A stretch of 64,000 bases of DNA from an uncultured Planctomycetota bacterium (GTDB lineage: Bacteria > Planctomycetota > Planctomycetia > Isosphaerales > Isosphaeraceae), in contig CAWJTV010000011.1 of the NCBI GenBank assembly GCA_963845755.1, forward strand, positions 704,001 to 768,000, read 5' to 3'. Numbering within the stretch: position 1 is the stretch's first letter; each line of letters begins with the position of its first letter. A program made the translations under genes and the position numbers. Positions 41,026 through 52,260 of this stretch are shown here, piece after piece. Below the pieces are notes generated by a model, which was given only the letters and a program-made list of their open reading frames with translations, was not told the origin of the DNA and made no database searches.

Positions 41026-44018
41026 ATGAACGCGATGTGGGAACTGCTGTCTCGTCCCTCGTCGGCGCTGGCGGTCGACGTCGCGGCGAAATCGACCCTG
41101 GTCCTCGCCGCGGCGGCGGTGTCTGCCCTGATGCTGCGCCGGGCTCCCGCCGCGCTGCGACACCTCGCCTGGTACTTTGGGCTTTGCGGTGCGCTGGTAT
41201 TGCCGATCCTCGCGTTCGCCCTGCCCGGTTGGGCCTGGCCGGTCCTGCCGGCGAATTCCGATGGATCCGTCGTCCCACCGGCGCCGCGGGTTGCCGCATC
41301 GACCCCTCCGACCGTCGGAGCTCAGGAGCCGGCGGCCAGTCCACAGAAGCCGGCGACTCCGCGAGTTGTCGCCTCCCTTGCCCCGTCGCCGCAGCCGACG
41401 ATCGTCGCGCCGGCGCCGGCCCGGGTCGCGTGGCTCGCTCCGTCAACTGCGATCCTATCGGCGTGGTTGGGGATCGCGGCGTTGCTCCTGATGCTTCCCC
41501 TGATCGGCCGGCTCGCCTTGTGGCGGCTGGCGCGCGGGGCGGAGTCGATCGAATCCGGCGAATGGTTCGAGCTGCTGGGCGAGCTCACCGCGCGGGCTGG
41601 GATTGTCGCGGCGCAGTGAGGCTGCTCCGGGGCCGTCAGGCGCTGATGCCGATGACCTGGGGCTGGATCCGGCCCGTCGTCCTGCTCCCCTCGGACGCGG
41701 AGGCTTGGCCGGCGAGCCGGTGGCGCGACGTCTTGCTCCACGAGCTGGCCCATGTCCAGCGGCTCGACTGCTTGACCCAGGCCATTGCCCAGGCGGCGTG
41801 TGCACTCTACTGGTTCAACCCGCTGGCCTGGCTGGCGGCTTGGCGGATGCGCTTCGAGCGCGAGCGCGCCTGCGATGATGTGGTCTTGCTCTGCGGCTCC
41901 CGCGCCTCGGACTACGCCGCGCATCTGCTCGACCTGGCCCGGTCGCTCCGATCGCGGCATCGCCATTCGCTGGCCGCCCTGGCGATGGCGCGGCCATCGC
42001 ACCTGGAAGGGAGACTTCTTTCGATCCTCGACGCGGGCTGTCCACGGCGCGGGCTGACCCGACCGACGGTCGCCCTGGGCCTGATCGCACTGATGGCCTT
42101 GATCCTGCCCCTATCGGTCGTGCACCTGGGCGTCCGGTCCGCGGCGGCGTTGCCGGTGCGGGGCCAGGCCCGAGCGGCAACCGCGAAGGACGAGGCCCCG
42201 GCCGAACCGCGCCGGACCGTCACCGGCTTCGTGCTCGACGAGAAAAACAAACCGATCTCCAGTGCCCGGGTGGCTGTCATCGCTGAGCGTCGCAAGCAGG
42301 TCGGGATGGCCACCTCCGGCGCCGATGGACGATTCCAGGTCGAGTTCCCGACCATTCCGCCCGCGCGGAGGGCGAGGCTGAGCATCATCGCGGCCGCGCC
42401 GGGCTACGCCTTCGACGGCAACGAGCTCAAGGTCGACGCTGTGAGCCAGGAGACGACGATCACGCTCGATCCCGAGCGGGTCGTCGAGGGACGATTGGTT
42501 GAACGTGCAGAACCAGCCCGCGGCGGGGGTCACGGTTCGTATCAGTAATCTGAACATACGATCTCTTGCCTATGATCCTTACGATACCAACGGGGAGATG
42601 ACGCTCTGGCCGGGCCAGGCGACGACCAACAGCGACGGCCGGTTCCGACTGCCCGGTCTGGCGCGCGGGCGGCGATCACGCTCGAGATCGCGGACCCGCG
42701 ATTTGCACACCAGACGCTCGCGATTGCCGCGGGCGACGAGGGGCGGAGCAAGCCGAAGACGCTGTCGCTACTCCCCGCGCAGACGATTGACGTCCGGGTC
42801 GTCCACGACGACGACGGTAAGCCGGTGGCCGGGGCGCAGGTCTACGTCCGGGCCGAGCGTCGCAATCCGTTTTCCTTCGGCAACGAGACCGATGCGAAGG
42901 CCGACGCTCAAGGCCGCGTGCAGATCGCCGCCTGGCCGGGTGACGCCTTCCGGGTCACCGCGTATCCCCGAGAGGGCGAGGCGTATCTCCGCCGCGAGGC
43001 GTATCTGGATTGGCCCAAGGGGGCCGTGCAGCAGGCCGTCGAGGTGAGGCTCAGGCGTGGCGCGGTGGTGCATGGGAAGCTCGTCGAGGAACCGTCCGGC
43101 AAGGGCGTGGCCGGCGCGAAGGTCTCCTATTACCAGACGCGTCGCAACAACCCGCTCTACGCCCACTCGTTCAACCGCGACACAAACAGCGGACCCGACG
43201 GGACATTTACCCTGGTCGTAGATTATGGTCCGGGCCACTTGCTCGTCCAGGGGCCCAGCGACGATTACATCAACCTGCCGACCAGCTTCAGCGAGATGGG
43301 GATCCTCTTGCTGCCCGATCTCCCGCTCTACCCGGACGCGCTGGCCCACCTGGACATCAAACCGGGCACGGCCACGCACGAGATCACGATGCGGCTGAGG
43401 CGCGGGGTGACCGTCCAGGGGCGGGTGATCGGGCTCGACGGCAAGCCGAACTCCGACGCGTTCGGGCTGAGTCGGGCCTACACACCTCACAGCGAGCAGG
43501 GCATCCCATTCACGCACTTCAGCCCCGGCATCGCCCCGCGTATCGGGGTCAAAGACGGGCGGTTCGAGGTCCCCGGCTGCGACCCGGAGAAAACGTTGCC
43601 TTACCACTTCCTGGACCGGAAGCATCAGCTCGGCGCCACGGCGGAAATCTCGGGCAAGTCCACTGCAGCCGATCCGGTCACGGTGCGGCTCCAGAAGTGC
43701 GGCTCGGCTCGCGTGCGCCTCAAGGACGCCGAGGGCAAGCCGCTCGTGAATTATCCCGCCGACGAGCACCCCTACATGATCTTGCTCATCACTCCGGGGG
43801 CCGACTGGGGCTCGTCGAAGGGGACCAACGCGGACCAGGAGTATCAAGTCAACCTGGCCCCGGAGGATAATTGGAACCTCCACACCGGCCCCGACGGCCG
43901 CGTGACGCTCGTCAACCTGATCCCCGGCGCATCCTACCGGTATCGCGGCGTCGAGTTCACGGCCGAGGCCGGCAAGTCGATCGAGCTGCCGGATATCACC
44001 GTCGGAGGGCGGAAGTGA
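41026..44018 (+). CDS. M56 (BlaR1/MecR1-type) metallopeptidase sensor with a carboxypeptidase-regulatory-like ectodomain; frameshifts near 41600, 42500 and 42670
   Basis: AALRHLAW, PMTWG, HELAH, YWFNPLAW and ERERACDD; ectodomain motifs WPKGA, QGPSDDY and PVTVRLQKCG. Confidence 0.88.
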
Positions 44019-44072
44019 GCGATCTGCGAGGTCGTTGGAGGCGACGTCGCGAGTCCACGCAGGACCGGCTAG

Positions 44073-44390
44073 GATTCAGGATTCGAGATTCGAGATTCGA
44101 GATTCGGGATTCGAGATTCGAGATTCGGGATTCGAGATTCAGAGTCTGTCCCAGAAGGGGCCGGGTCGGGCGAGCGGGGGGCGTCAGCCCCCTGTCTTGG
44201 AGGTCCGTCGCTCACCGGACAGGGGGCTGACGCCCCGCGCTCGCCCTTCTGGGACAGACTCTCAGGATTCAAGCTTTGAGATTCAAAGGTTCTTAATTCG
44301 AATATTGAGTCTAGTATTCGCCGGATTCGAGCATTCAAGAATTCGTATCTTGAATCGCGAATCCGGAATCTTGAATCCCGAATCTCGAGT
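44073..44390. repeat. GATTCGA heptamer array (about 10 copies) with distal inverted GAATC-type copies
   Basis: gattcag gattcga gattcga gattcga gattcgg ...; later gaatcgc gaatccg gaatctt gaatccc gaatctc. Confidence 0.9.
44142..44261. mobile_element. 120-bp MITE-like element with an 18-bp perfect TIR (GAG...CTC) and a TCA target duplication
   Basis: tca|gagtctgtcccagaaggg...cccttctgggacagactc|tca; the interior is also palindromic. Confidence 0.8.
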
Positions 44391-44411
44391 TCCCACGTCT
44401 CGTCGTGCCGT

Positions 44412-47259
44412 TCAGCTCGTGGTGTAAGTGCCGTAGATGTTGTTGTTGCTGGTGGAGGCCCGGTTGAGGACGACGGCCGTCTTGGTCAGCGTGGTGGTGC
44501 TGCCGGTGGCGAGATAGAGGCCGCCGCCGATGCCCTGTCCGCCGGTCCCACCCTTGCCGGCGCCGCCGCCCTGGGCGACGTTGAGGGTCACGATCGTGTC
44601 GGCCAGCGCGAGGGTCCCACCGGGCAGCGCGGGGTCGGCCGAATCGTCGGGCCCGGCGTTGTAGACGGCGCCCCCGAGCCCGTCGCCGCCGGCGCCGCCG
44701 CCCGAGCCACCGGCGCCGCCCTGGGCGGCGTTGAGCGAGAGGAGGCCGTCCGAGATGCTCAGCGAGGATCCCGCGTCGTTATACGCGGCGCCGCCGGCGC
44801 CGGTGCCGCCGTCCCCGCCGCCCGCGCCTCCGGATCCGCCCTGGGCGAGGTCGCCGAGCAGGCCGACGTTCGAGGCGGTCACGGTCGAGAGGCTGGACAC
44901 AAAGTAATAAGTGCCAGTGTTGAAATCGTAGAGTTCGAGATCCTGGCCGACCGTATAAAGACCACCGCCCTCGCCCGCGCCGCCGCCGGAGGTACCGGCG
45001 CCGCCCGCGCCGCCGACGGCCTGATCGTCGGAGAGGAACCCGCCGGAGAGCGTGGCGTCGCTGCCGGAGTTCGCCAGCCCGCCGCCCTGGGCCAGGCCGC
45101 CCGCGCCGCCGGTCGCACCGCTCCCGCCCGCGCCGCCCTGGGCCTGGTTGCCGGATACGGTGACGTTGGTGGCGGACAAGGTCGTGGGGAGGACCGTCTC
45201 AACGTAGTTACCGGTGGTGGGGTCGAAGTCGAAAGCGATGATCGCCGTGGTGGAGATCCCCGCGCCCTGGGCGGATCCCCCGGCACCACCGATCCCGCTC
45301 GAGGCGCCGGCGCCGCCCGCACCGCCGATCGCCTGATTGCCGTTGACCAGCTCGGCGGAGAGCGTGAGGGCGCCGCCGGCGGCATAAATGCCGCCTCCCT
45401 GCGCGGACCCTCCCGCGCCGCCATTGCCGCCCGAGGCACCGGAACCCCCCGCGCCGCCGAGGGCCTGGTTGCCGGAGACCCGGCCGCCCGAGAGGCTGAC
45501 GGTCCCGCCGAGATCCAGGCCGCCGCCCTGGGCCGATCCGCCCGGGCCACCGCTGCCGGTCGACCCGCTCCCCCCCGCGCCACCCTGGGCCAGGTTATTC
45601 GAGACCACCGTGTTGGTGAGGAAGATCTGTCCGTCGAGGCTCAGGCCGCCGCCGATGCCCGAGCTGCCGAACGAGCCGAGCGAGGCCGCGCCGCCGATGG
45701 CCTGGTTGTCGCTCACCGTGCTGTCCGAGATGGTGAGGTCCGCGCCACCGGAGTCGATGCCGCCCCCGAGACCTTCGCCAGTGAAACCGCCGCCGCTGTC
45801 GCTGCCGCCCTGGGCCACGTTGCCCTTGATCGTGGTCTGGGCGATCGTGCTGGCGGGAGTGGCGGCGCCGCCGCCGATGATGTCGATGGCTCCCCCCTCA
45901 GCGACGCTACCGCCCCCACCCTGGCCGCCGCCGCCGATGGCCTGGTTGTTCGTGAACGCGCTGCCGGTGACGCTCAAGGTGGCGACAATCGTCACGCCAT
46001 CAAACGTGGAAGTTCCCTGCTCGAAGAAGAGGGCGCCGCCGTCGCCCTCGCCACCCGAGCCCTGGCCGAAAATGCCGGCGGAGCCGAGGCCGCCCTGGGC
46101 GAGATTGCCGTTGAAGGCACTGTCGCTGATGGTCAACGCGCCGACCTCCGAGTTGATGGCCCCGCCGAGCGCAGTCCGATCCATCGCCGATGATCCCGGT
46201 GCCGTTGGGGCCGCCGAGGGCCTGGTTATCCGAAAGCGTGGAATGGACGATCGTCAGCGCGGTGCCTTCGTTCATGATGGCGCCCCCGTCAGCCAGGCCG
46301 AAGGGCCCCCCGGTCCCGCCGATGGCCTGGTTGCCATCGAGCGTGCTGCCGCTGACGGTCAGCGTCGTGCCGCCTTCCATGAACACACCGCCGCCGAAAG
46401 CGGAGCCGCCGCCGAAAACGGAGCTTCCCGAGGGGGAGCCGCCGATGGCCTGGTTGTCGCTCACCGTGCTGTTGACCAGGCTCACGGTCGAGGGACCATT
46501 GCCCGGATTCAGTTCGTAGATCCCACCGCCGAAGGCGTCGCCGCCCTGCCCACCGATCCCGCCATAGGCCAGGGCCTGGTTGTCGGTCACCGTGCTGTCG
46601 GTGATCGTCATGAGACCGTTGTTGGCGATCCCGCCGCCCTGGGCCCCGAAGCCTAGCGTGCTGGCGACCGACGTGTTGCCGGAGATAGTGCTGCCCAGGA
46701 TCGTCATCGTGGCGAGGTTCGCGTTATCGATACCGCCGCCGATGCCGGGGAACACGACGAAGCCCGGCTGGCCCGCGTTCGCCTGGTTGTCGGTCACGGT
46801 GCATTTCTCGACCGTCAGCGTGCCCTGATTGCTAATCCCGGCCCCGTCGGAGGCCAGGCCGTCGGTGATCGTCAGGCCCGAGATGGTGACGTTGGCGCCC
46901 GGATCGATCTGGAAGACCCGGCTGGAATCGTCGCCGCTGACGGCCAGTTCGTCCGCACCCGGGCCATCGATGGTGATGCCCTGAGAGATCTCCAGCTCGC
47001 CGCTGGTCAGGGTGATCGTCTGGCCGCGGAGATGGTGGGCGAACTTGATCGTGTCGCCGCTGGAGGCGTCGGCGATCGCCTGGCGGAGCGAACCGGAACC
47101 GCTGTCATCCGTGTTGGTGACGGTCAGCGTGCTGAGCAAGGCGCGGACTTCGAGCGCATCAAGCGCCGGGGCGAAGCGTCTGCGGCGCGCGTGGGCAGCG
47201 CGGCGGTCCGAGCGGACGACGTTCCGTGGCGATGAAGATGCATGGTCAAGAAACTTCAT
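44412..47259 (-). CDS. glycine-rich secreted beta-helix-like repeat protein; frameshift near 46180
   Basis: LDALEVRALLS leader, DSGSGSLRQAI and many NQA.GG...A.GGG repeats; AAGGAG upstream of ATG 47259. Confidence 0.85.
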
Positions 47260-47662
47260 GTGCAGTACTCCTTGGCTGCAAGTCGTCATGTGCGTTCAGA
47301 ACAGGGGACACCGAACCTGACGAGACCGTGAGACCGTGGCTCGGCCGCGATTCCGGAACCTTGGGCCGTGCGAGAAGATCTTTCTCTATAGGGAGGGCGC
47401 CATCTGGCTTCGGAGAGGGCGCGCCGAACGTCGGACTTTCTGGTTTTTCGGCTCTTTTTCCAGGTTACAAAGCTTTATTTTATTGTTATTTCTAGTATAT
47501 TAATTTATTATTATATTTATTCATGTTATAATTGGTGAGTCTGGAAGGACACATTCGGTGTGACGGCGCAACTCGAGCGGGCCGCGGCCCGAGCAATGGC
47601 GGCGGCTTTCGTCAGAGTGCTGTCTCGGTGTCCACGTCAATCAGGCGTTCCGGCCTGGCGTC

Positions 47663-50600
47663 TCACGACGTCGGGCTGGGAAGCCTGAATTGTTTTCTTC
47701 GCGCAGTCGTCTTCTCCAGATGCTCGGGCTGCCGCGGGTCGCGGCGGGTCTGCCCGAGGAGGTCGGTGGCCTCGGCGCGGATGCGCCGGGCGACCTCGTC
47801 CCAGGGGACGGTTTGCATCCATTGGTCGGTGCGGACGAAGGCGTCCCGGGCCCGGTCGGGGTGGCCGAGCCGGTGGTGGGCCATCGCCAGGAAGAAGCCG
47901 TAGTAGAGGAGGTCATCGTGGTTGAGCGCTGCGGCGCGGTCGAGCGCGTCGATCGCGTCGGGATCGTCGCCGGTGCGGTAATGCGCGGCGCCCAGGGTGG
48001 CCCAGGCGACCCAGGAGTCGGGCGCCCGCTCGAGAATGTGGTGGACGATCCGGATGGCCTCGGCGGGGTCGCGAAGCTCGGCGACGGGGCAGCCCACGAG
48101 GAACCAGGCGAGGTGGTGCGGGGCCGTCGGATCGCCGCCGGGCCGGGCGGCCTCGTGGAGCAGGTCGAGCGCGCGCCGGGCGTAGGAGCGGGCGATCGTT
48201 GCGCGGCGGTCGGAGGCCAGGGTTTCATCCCGGGCCGCCAGGGCCGCGCAGCTCGTCAGCCAGTTCGCGGCCAGCGCGGCGACCGCGACGCGATCGGTGG
48301 AGTCGCGGAGCAAGTCCTCGGCCACGTCCGCAGCCGCGGCGTGAGCCCCGAGCCGGATCAACACGGCATTGAGCGTCTCGCGCTGAGCCCTCAGTCCCGC
48401 GCGGACGGTCGGATCGTGCGGACTCAATCGCACGGCCTCCTGCTGGGAGGCGACGGCTTCCTGCAAGAGGTCGCGGGCGGCGGCGAAGTCGCCCCGCCCG
48501 GCCAGGAGCGAGCCCCGGTGGAACCGGGCCAGGGCAATCGCGGCGCGGTCGTCGGCGCGATCGGGCTGTTGGGCGGCCAGGATCTCGGACAACTCCCCGG
48601 CTCGCGCGAAGAGGGGTTCGGCTTCGAGGGAACGGCCGGCGGTCCAGAGCCATTTCGCCAGGTTGAGCACCGTGAGGGCTAGCTCCTGGCGGAACTGGGG
48701 TACCTCGGGTGCGTCGGCTGCCAATCGATCGTAGAGCTCCAGGGCGCGGCGGAGGGCGCGCTCGGCTTCCGCTTTCCCTTCGGGCTTCTGGGCCAGGAGA
48801 TTGCCCAGGGCCCGGAGCGACCGGGCCAGCTCCTGGCGGTAGACGGGGACGGCCGGGTCGCCCTGGACCAGGTCCTGGTACCGTTTCACGGCGTCGCGGT
48901 AGGATTGCTCCGCCTCGTTCGACTGGCCGGTCTGGGTCAGCAGGATCCCCAGGTTGCCATGCAGGCCGGCCTCCATCTTCAGGCCGCGGAGTCCGCCGAT
49001 CGCCTCGGCCAGCTCGATGGCCTTGCGATAGGCGGTCTCTGCCTGGCGGAGCCGGCCGGTCTGGCGGCTGAGCAGGATGCCGAGGCGGTGGTAGGCGGAG
49101 GCCAGGAGCGGGCGGTTGGCCGGAGTGTCGGCGGTGCCGTTCACGAGTGCCTGGGTCAGCTCCGCGGCGCGGCGAAGGGTGCGATCGGCCTCATCGGGGC
49201 GGTTCGTGTCGTTCAACAAGCTGCCCAGACCGCTGTAGCTCCGGCCGAGGGATTCCCGGACCACGTCGGCGGCCGAGGTGCCATCGGGCTCGGTGCGCCC
49301 GCCAGCGCCCCGGCAGGGATGGCTTCCAGCACCAGGATGGCCTGCCGGTAGGCCCGTTCGGACTCATCCGTTCGACCGAGTTTCCGCTGGATCTCCGCCA
49401 CGCGAAAGGCGGCCTCGCCGGCCTCGGCGCGGACGGACGGATCCGGGTCGTTTTCGAGGGCGAAGCTCCGGTAATACTCCAGGGCCTTGAGCAGGAACTC
49501 GCGCTGACGCGGCTGCAAGTCGGGCTGCTGGCCCAGCCAGTCTTCGGCGAAGTCGGTATACCATTCCTTGATGGCGCGTCGTGCTGCGTCGCGCTGCAAC
49601 CGGGTCGCGTGGTGAGACCGCTCGATCTCGGTCTGTTCGGCCAGCACGACGAGAATGCCGGCGGTCAGGCCCAGGACCATGACGGCCAGCATCGGCAGGG
49701 CGACGAGGATGGCCGCGGTGTGTCGTCGGGCCCACCGCGACCAGCGTTCCAGCGGGCCGGGCGGCCGGGCCAGGATCGGCCGGTCGTCGAGGAAGCGGCG
49801 TAGGTCGTCGGCCAGCTCTTGGGCCTTGGCATAGCGGCCCGCCGGGTCCTTGGCCATCGCCTTGACGACGATCGTCTCCAGGTCCCGCGGCACGGCCGGG
49901 TTCAGCGCGGGGCCGGCGCGGTTCTTCCTGGGCGATCTTCCGGAACAGCTCCTGGCGGTCGGTACCGGCAATGGCCGGCCGGAGCGTCAACAGCTCGTAA
50001 AGGGTCGCACCCAGCGAGTACACGTCGGTCCGCTGGTCAACGACGGCCCGGTTGGCCTGCGCCTGCTCGGGACTCATGTAGCGCAGGGTGCCCACGAGGT
50101 CGCCGGTGGCCGTCAGGCTCTCCTCGCTCTGGAAGCGGGCCAGCCCGAAGTCGGTGACCCACAAGTGACCGCGGCCATCGACGATCAGATTCGACGGCTT
50201 CACATCGCGATGGAGCACCCCTTGCTGGTGGGCGTGCTCCAGGGCCTCGGCGGCCTGGAGGCCCAGCCGGGCAGCCTCCAGGAAGAAAGTGCGGTGGCGC
50301 ATCGAGGTGGTCGACGAGACCGCGGCGGAATCCCCTGGGGTCATCGCCCGTCGGGTTCGACCCCAGCCACCCCGGGTCTTTCTGAGAGGGACGGGGGTGG
50401 CTGGGGTCAGGCCGGCGCTGCCGGCGCTGCCCCCAGGAGGTCCCTCCGGTGTCGCCAGGGATAAGATCAAGGTTGACCCACTCGCCGCGCCATCCTCCTG
50501 TTTGGAGAGCTCGGCGATCCGGTCGGCGAGGGTCGGTCCGTCGATGAGCTGCATGGCGTAGTAATGGACGCCGCCCTGGCAGCCGACCGAGTAGACCGGC

Positions 50601-51191
50601 ACGATGTGCGGGTGGTTCAGTTGCGAGGCCGCCTGGGCCTCGACGCGGAACCGGGCGATCTGTCGTGGGTCGATGGCGGCGGCGAAGGGGAGGACCTTCA
50701 GCGCCACGCGGCGGCCCAGGGAGTGTTGCTCGGCCTCGTAGACCACGCCCATCCCGCCGCGGCCCAGCTCGCGGATCACGCGGAAGTCGCCGAGCCGGGG
50801 ACCGTCCGCCGCTTCGCCGGGCGGCTCGGTAACAGGAGGGTGGAGGCCATCGGCCGGGCGGCTCGGTGGCGACCCTTCCCGTGCCCGGAGACCCGCGGCG
50901 AACAGGGAGTTGATCGGCATCGGCGCGGTCCTCGTTCGGGTCGTCGAACTGGAGCGGCCGCGGGTGGAGGGCCAGTGCCTCGGCCGCCGCCTCGACGAGG
51001 TGGAGGCCCTTGAGGCAGGCGCGCAGCCGGGTGGCGATGGCCGGGTGCCGGCCCACCCATTCTTCCAGGTCGACCGGCCGGCCGGCCTCGACCTCGGCGA
51101 GGTAGGCGTCGAGGACCCGGGCCAGCTCGCCCTCGCCCTCCGCCTCGCTGAACCCGGCCTCGTTGATCGGGTCTGGGCCTTCGGGGTTCAT
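47663..51191 (-). CDS. Hanks-type Ser/Thr kinase with a TM helix and TPR repeats; frameshifts near 50915, 49910 and 49265
   Basis: GRGGMGVVY, VALKV, HRDVKPSN, DFG, YMSPEQ and PRDLETIV; ATGA overlap with the sigma gene. Confidence 0.92.
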
Positions 51192-51799
51192 GATCGACCC
51201 TCCATCGCCGCGCTGAGCCGTTCCAGCGCCCGGGTCCAGAGCATCCGGACCGCGCCGGGCGAGCGGCCCATGCGCACCGCGACCTCTTCGAACCGGAGCC
51301 GTTCCAGGTTCCGCAGGATGATCACCTCGCGATAGTCGGGCGGCAGGCCGGCCAGGGCGTCGGCCAGCAGGACCGCCTGCTCGCGCCGGGCCGCCGCCGC
51401 GCTGGGCGATGAGGTCGTCGCCATCAGGGCCTCTTGCACCCGGGCGCCGGACCGTTCCAGGACCACCTCGAGCGACTCCTGCCGACGATAGTCCCGCAGA
51501 CCGGCCTTCTGGTGCCGTGCCTGGTCCGCCAGGTTGCGTGCCAGAATCCGTCGCAGCCATGCCAGCAGCTCCCGCTCGGTCGAACCTTCGAACTGGGGGA
51601 AGTCCCGGTGTGCCTCCAGGAAGGTCTCCTGAACCAGGTCGGAGGGATCCAGGCGCAGACGCAGGTTCGTTCCGATCAGGGTGCGCGCCAGCAGCCGGGT
51701 GTAGTTGCGATACAGCGCTAGCAGTTCCCCGAACGCCTCGAGGTCTCCGGCCCGAGCCTGCACCAGCAACTCTTCGGGCGTTCGGCTCGCGTCCGCCAT
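51188..51799 (-). CDS. kinase-associated ECF sigma-70 factor (planctomycete type)
   Basis: DPSDLVQETFLEAHRDF, AWLRRIL, SSPS and LPPDYREVIILR; translationally coupled to the kinase. Confidence 0.92.
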   Translation of the reverse strand: MADASRTPEELLVQARAGDLEAFGELLALYRNYTRLLARTLIGTNLRLRLDPSDLVQETFLEAHRDFPQFEGSTERELLAWLRRILARNLADQARHQKAGLRDYRRQESLEVVLERSGARVQEALMATTSSPSAAAARREQAVLLADALAGLPPDYREVIILRNLERLRFEEVAVRMGRSPGAVRMLWTRALERLSAAMEGRS

Positions 51800-52260
51800 C
51801 GTTGAGGATCTCCACCGGGAATCAGGCGAAGGGCACGCGGGGATTGTCACGGTCCCGAATTTCGTTTTCCGGTGAAGACCGAAGCCATCGGAGGTCGCCG
51901 TTCACGGGATACGGAACATTGACGTTCAAGTCGGCCTGACTGCATGCTGATTCATCATAACAAGAAATCCTGGTTCGCTGTCGGCAAGGGTGATGGAGTT
52001 CGCCCAAACGTCGAACCACCCCGATCGAGATTACTGTGGGGTGCATGGAAAGGTGGTGGGACCTGCCAATTCCAGGGGCATGATTTGCGCCGCAAGTTGG
52101 GATACGATAGAGCGCTTTCGCCACGGAATTCCCTGGGGTCGAGCCGGCTCCGCCGGCGCAGCCCCCCGGACGGGCCGAGGCGACGAACAGGTTCACCTTA
52201 GTGATCGGCAGACCCGCGCCGAACCGCAGTGTGTCGCTTACCCAGGAGATATTCCCGGCC

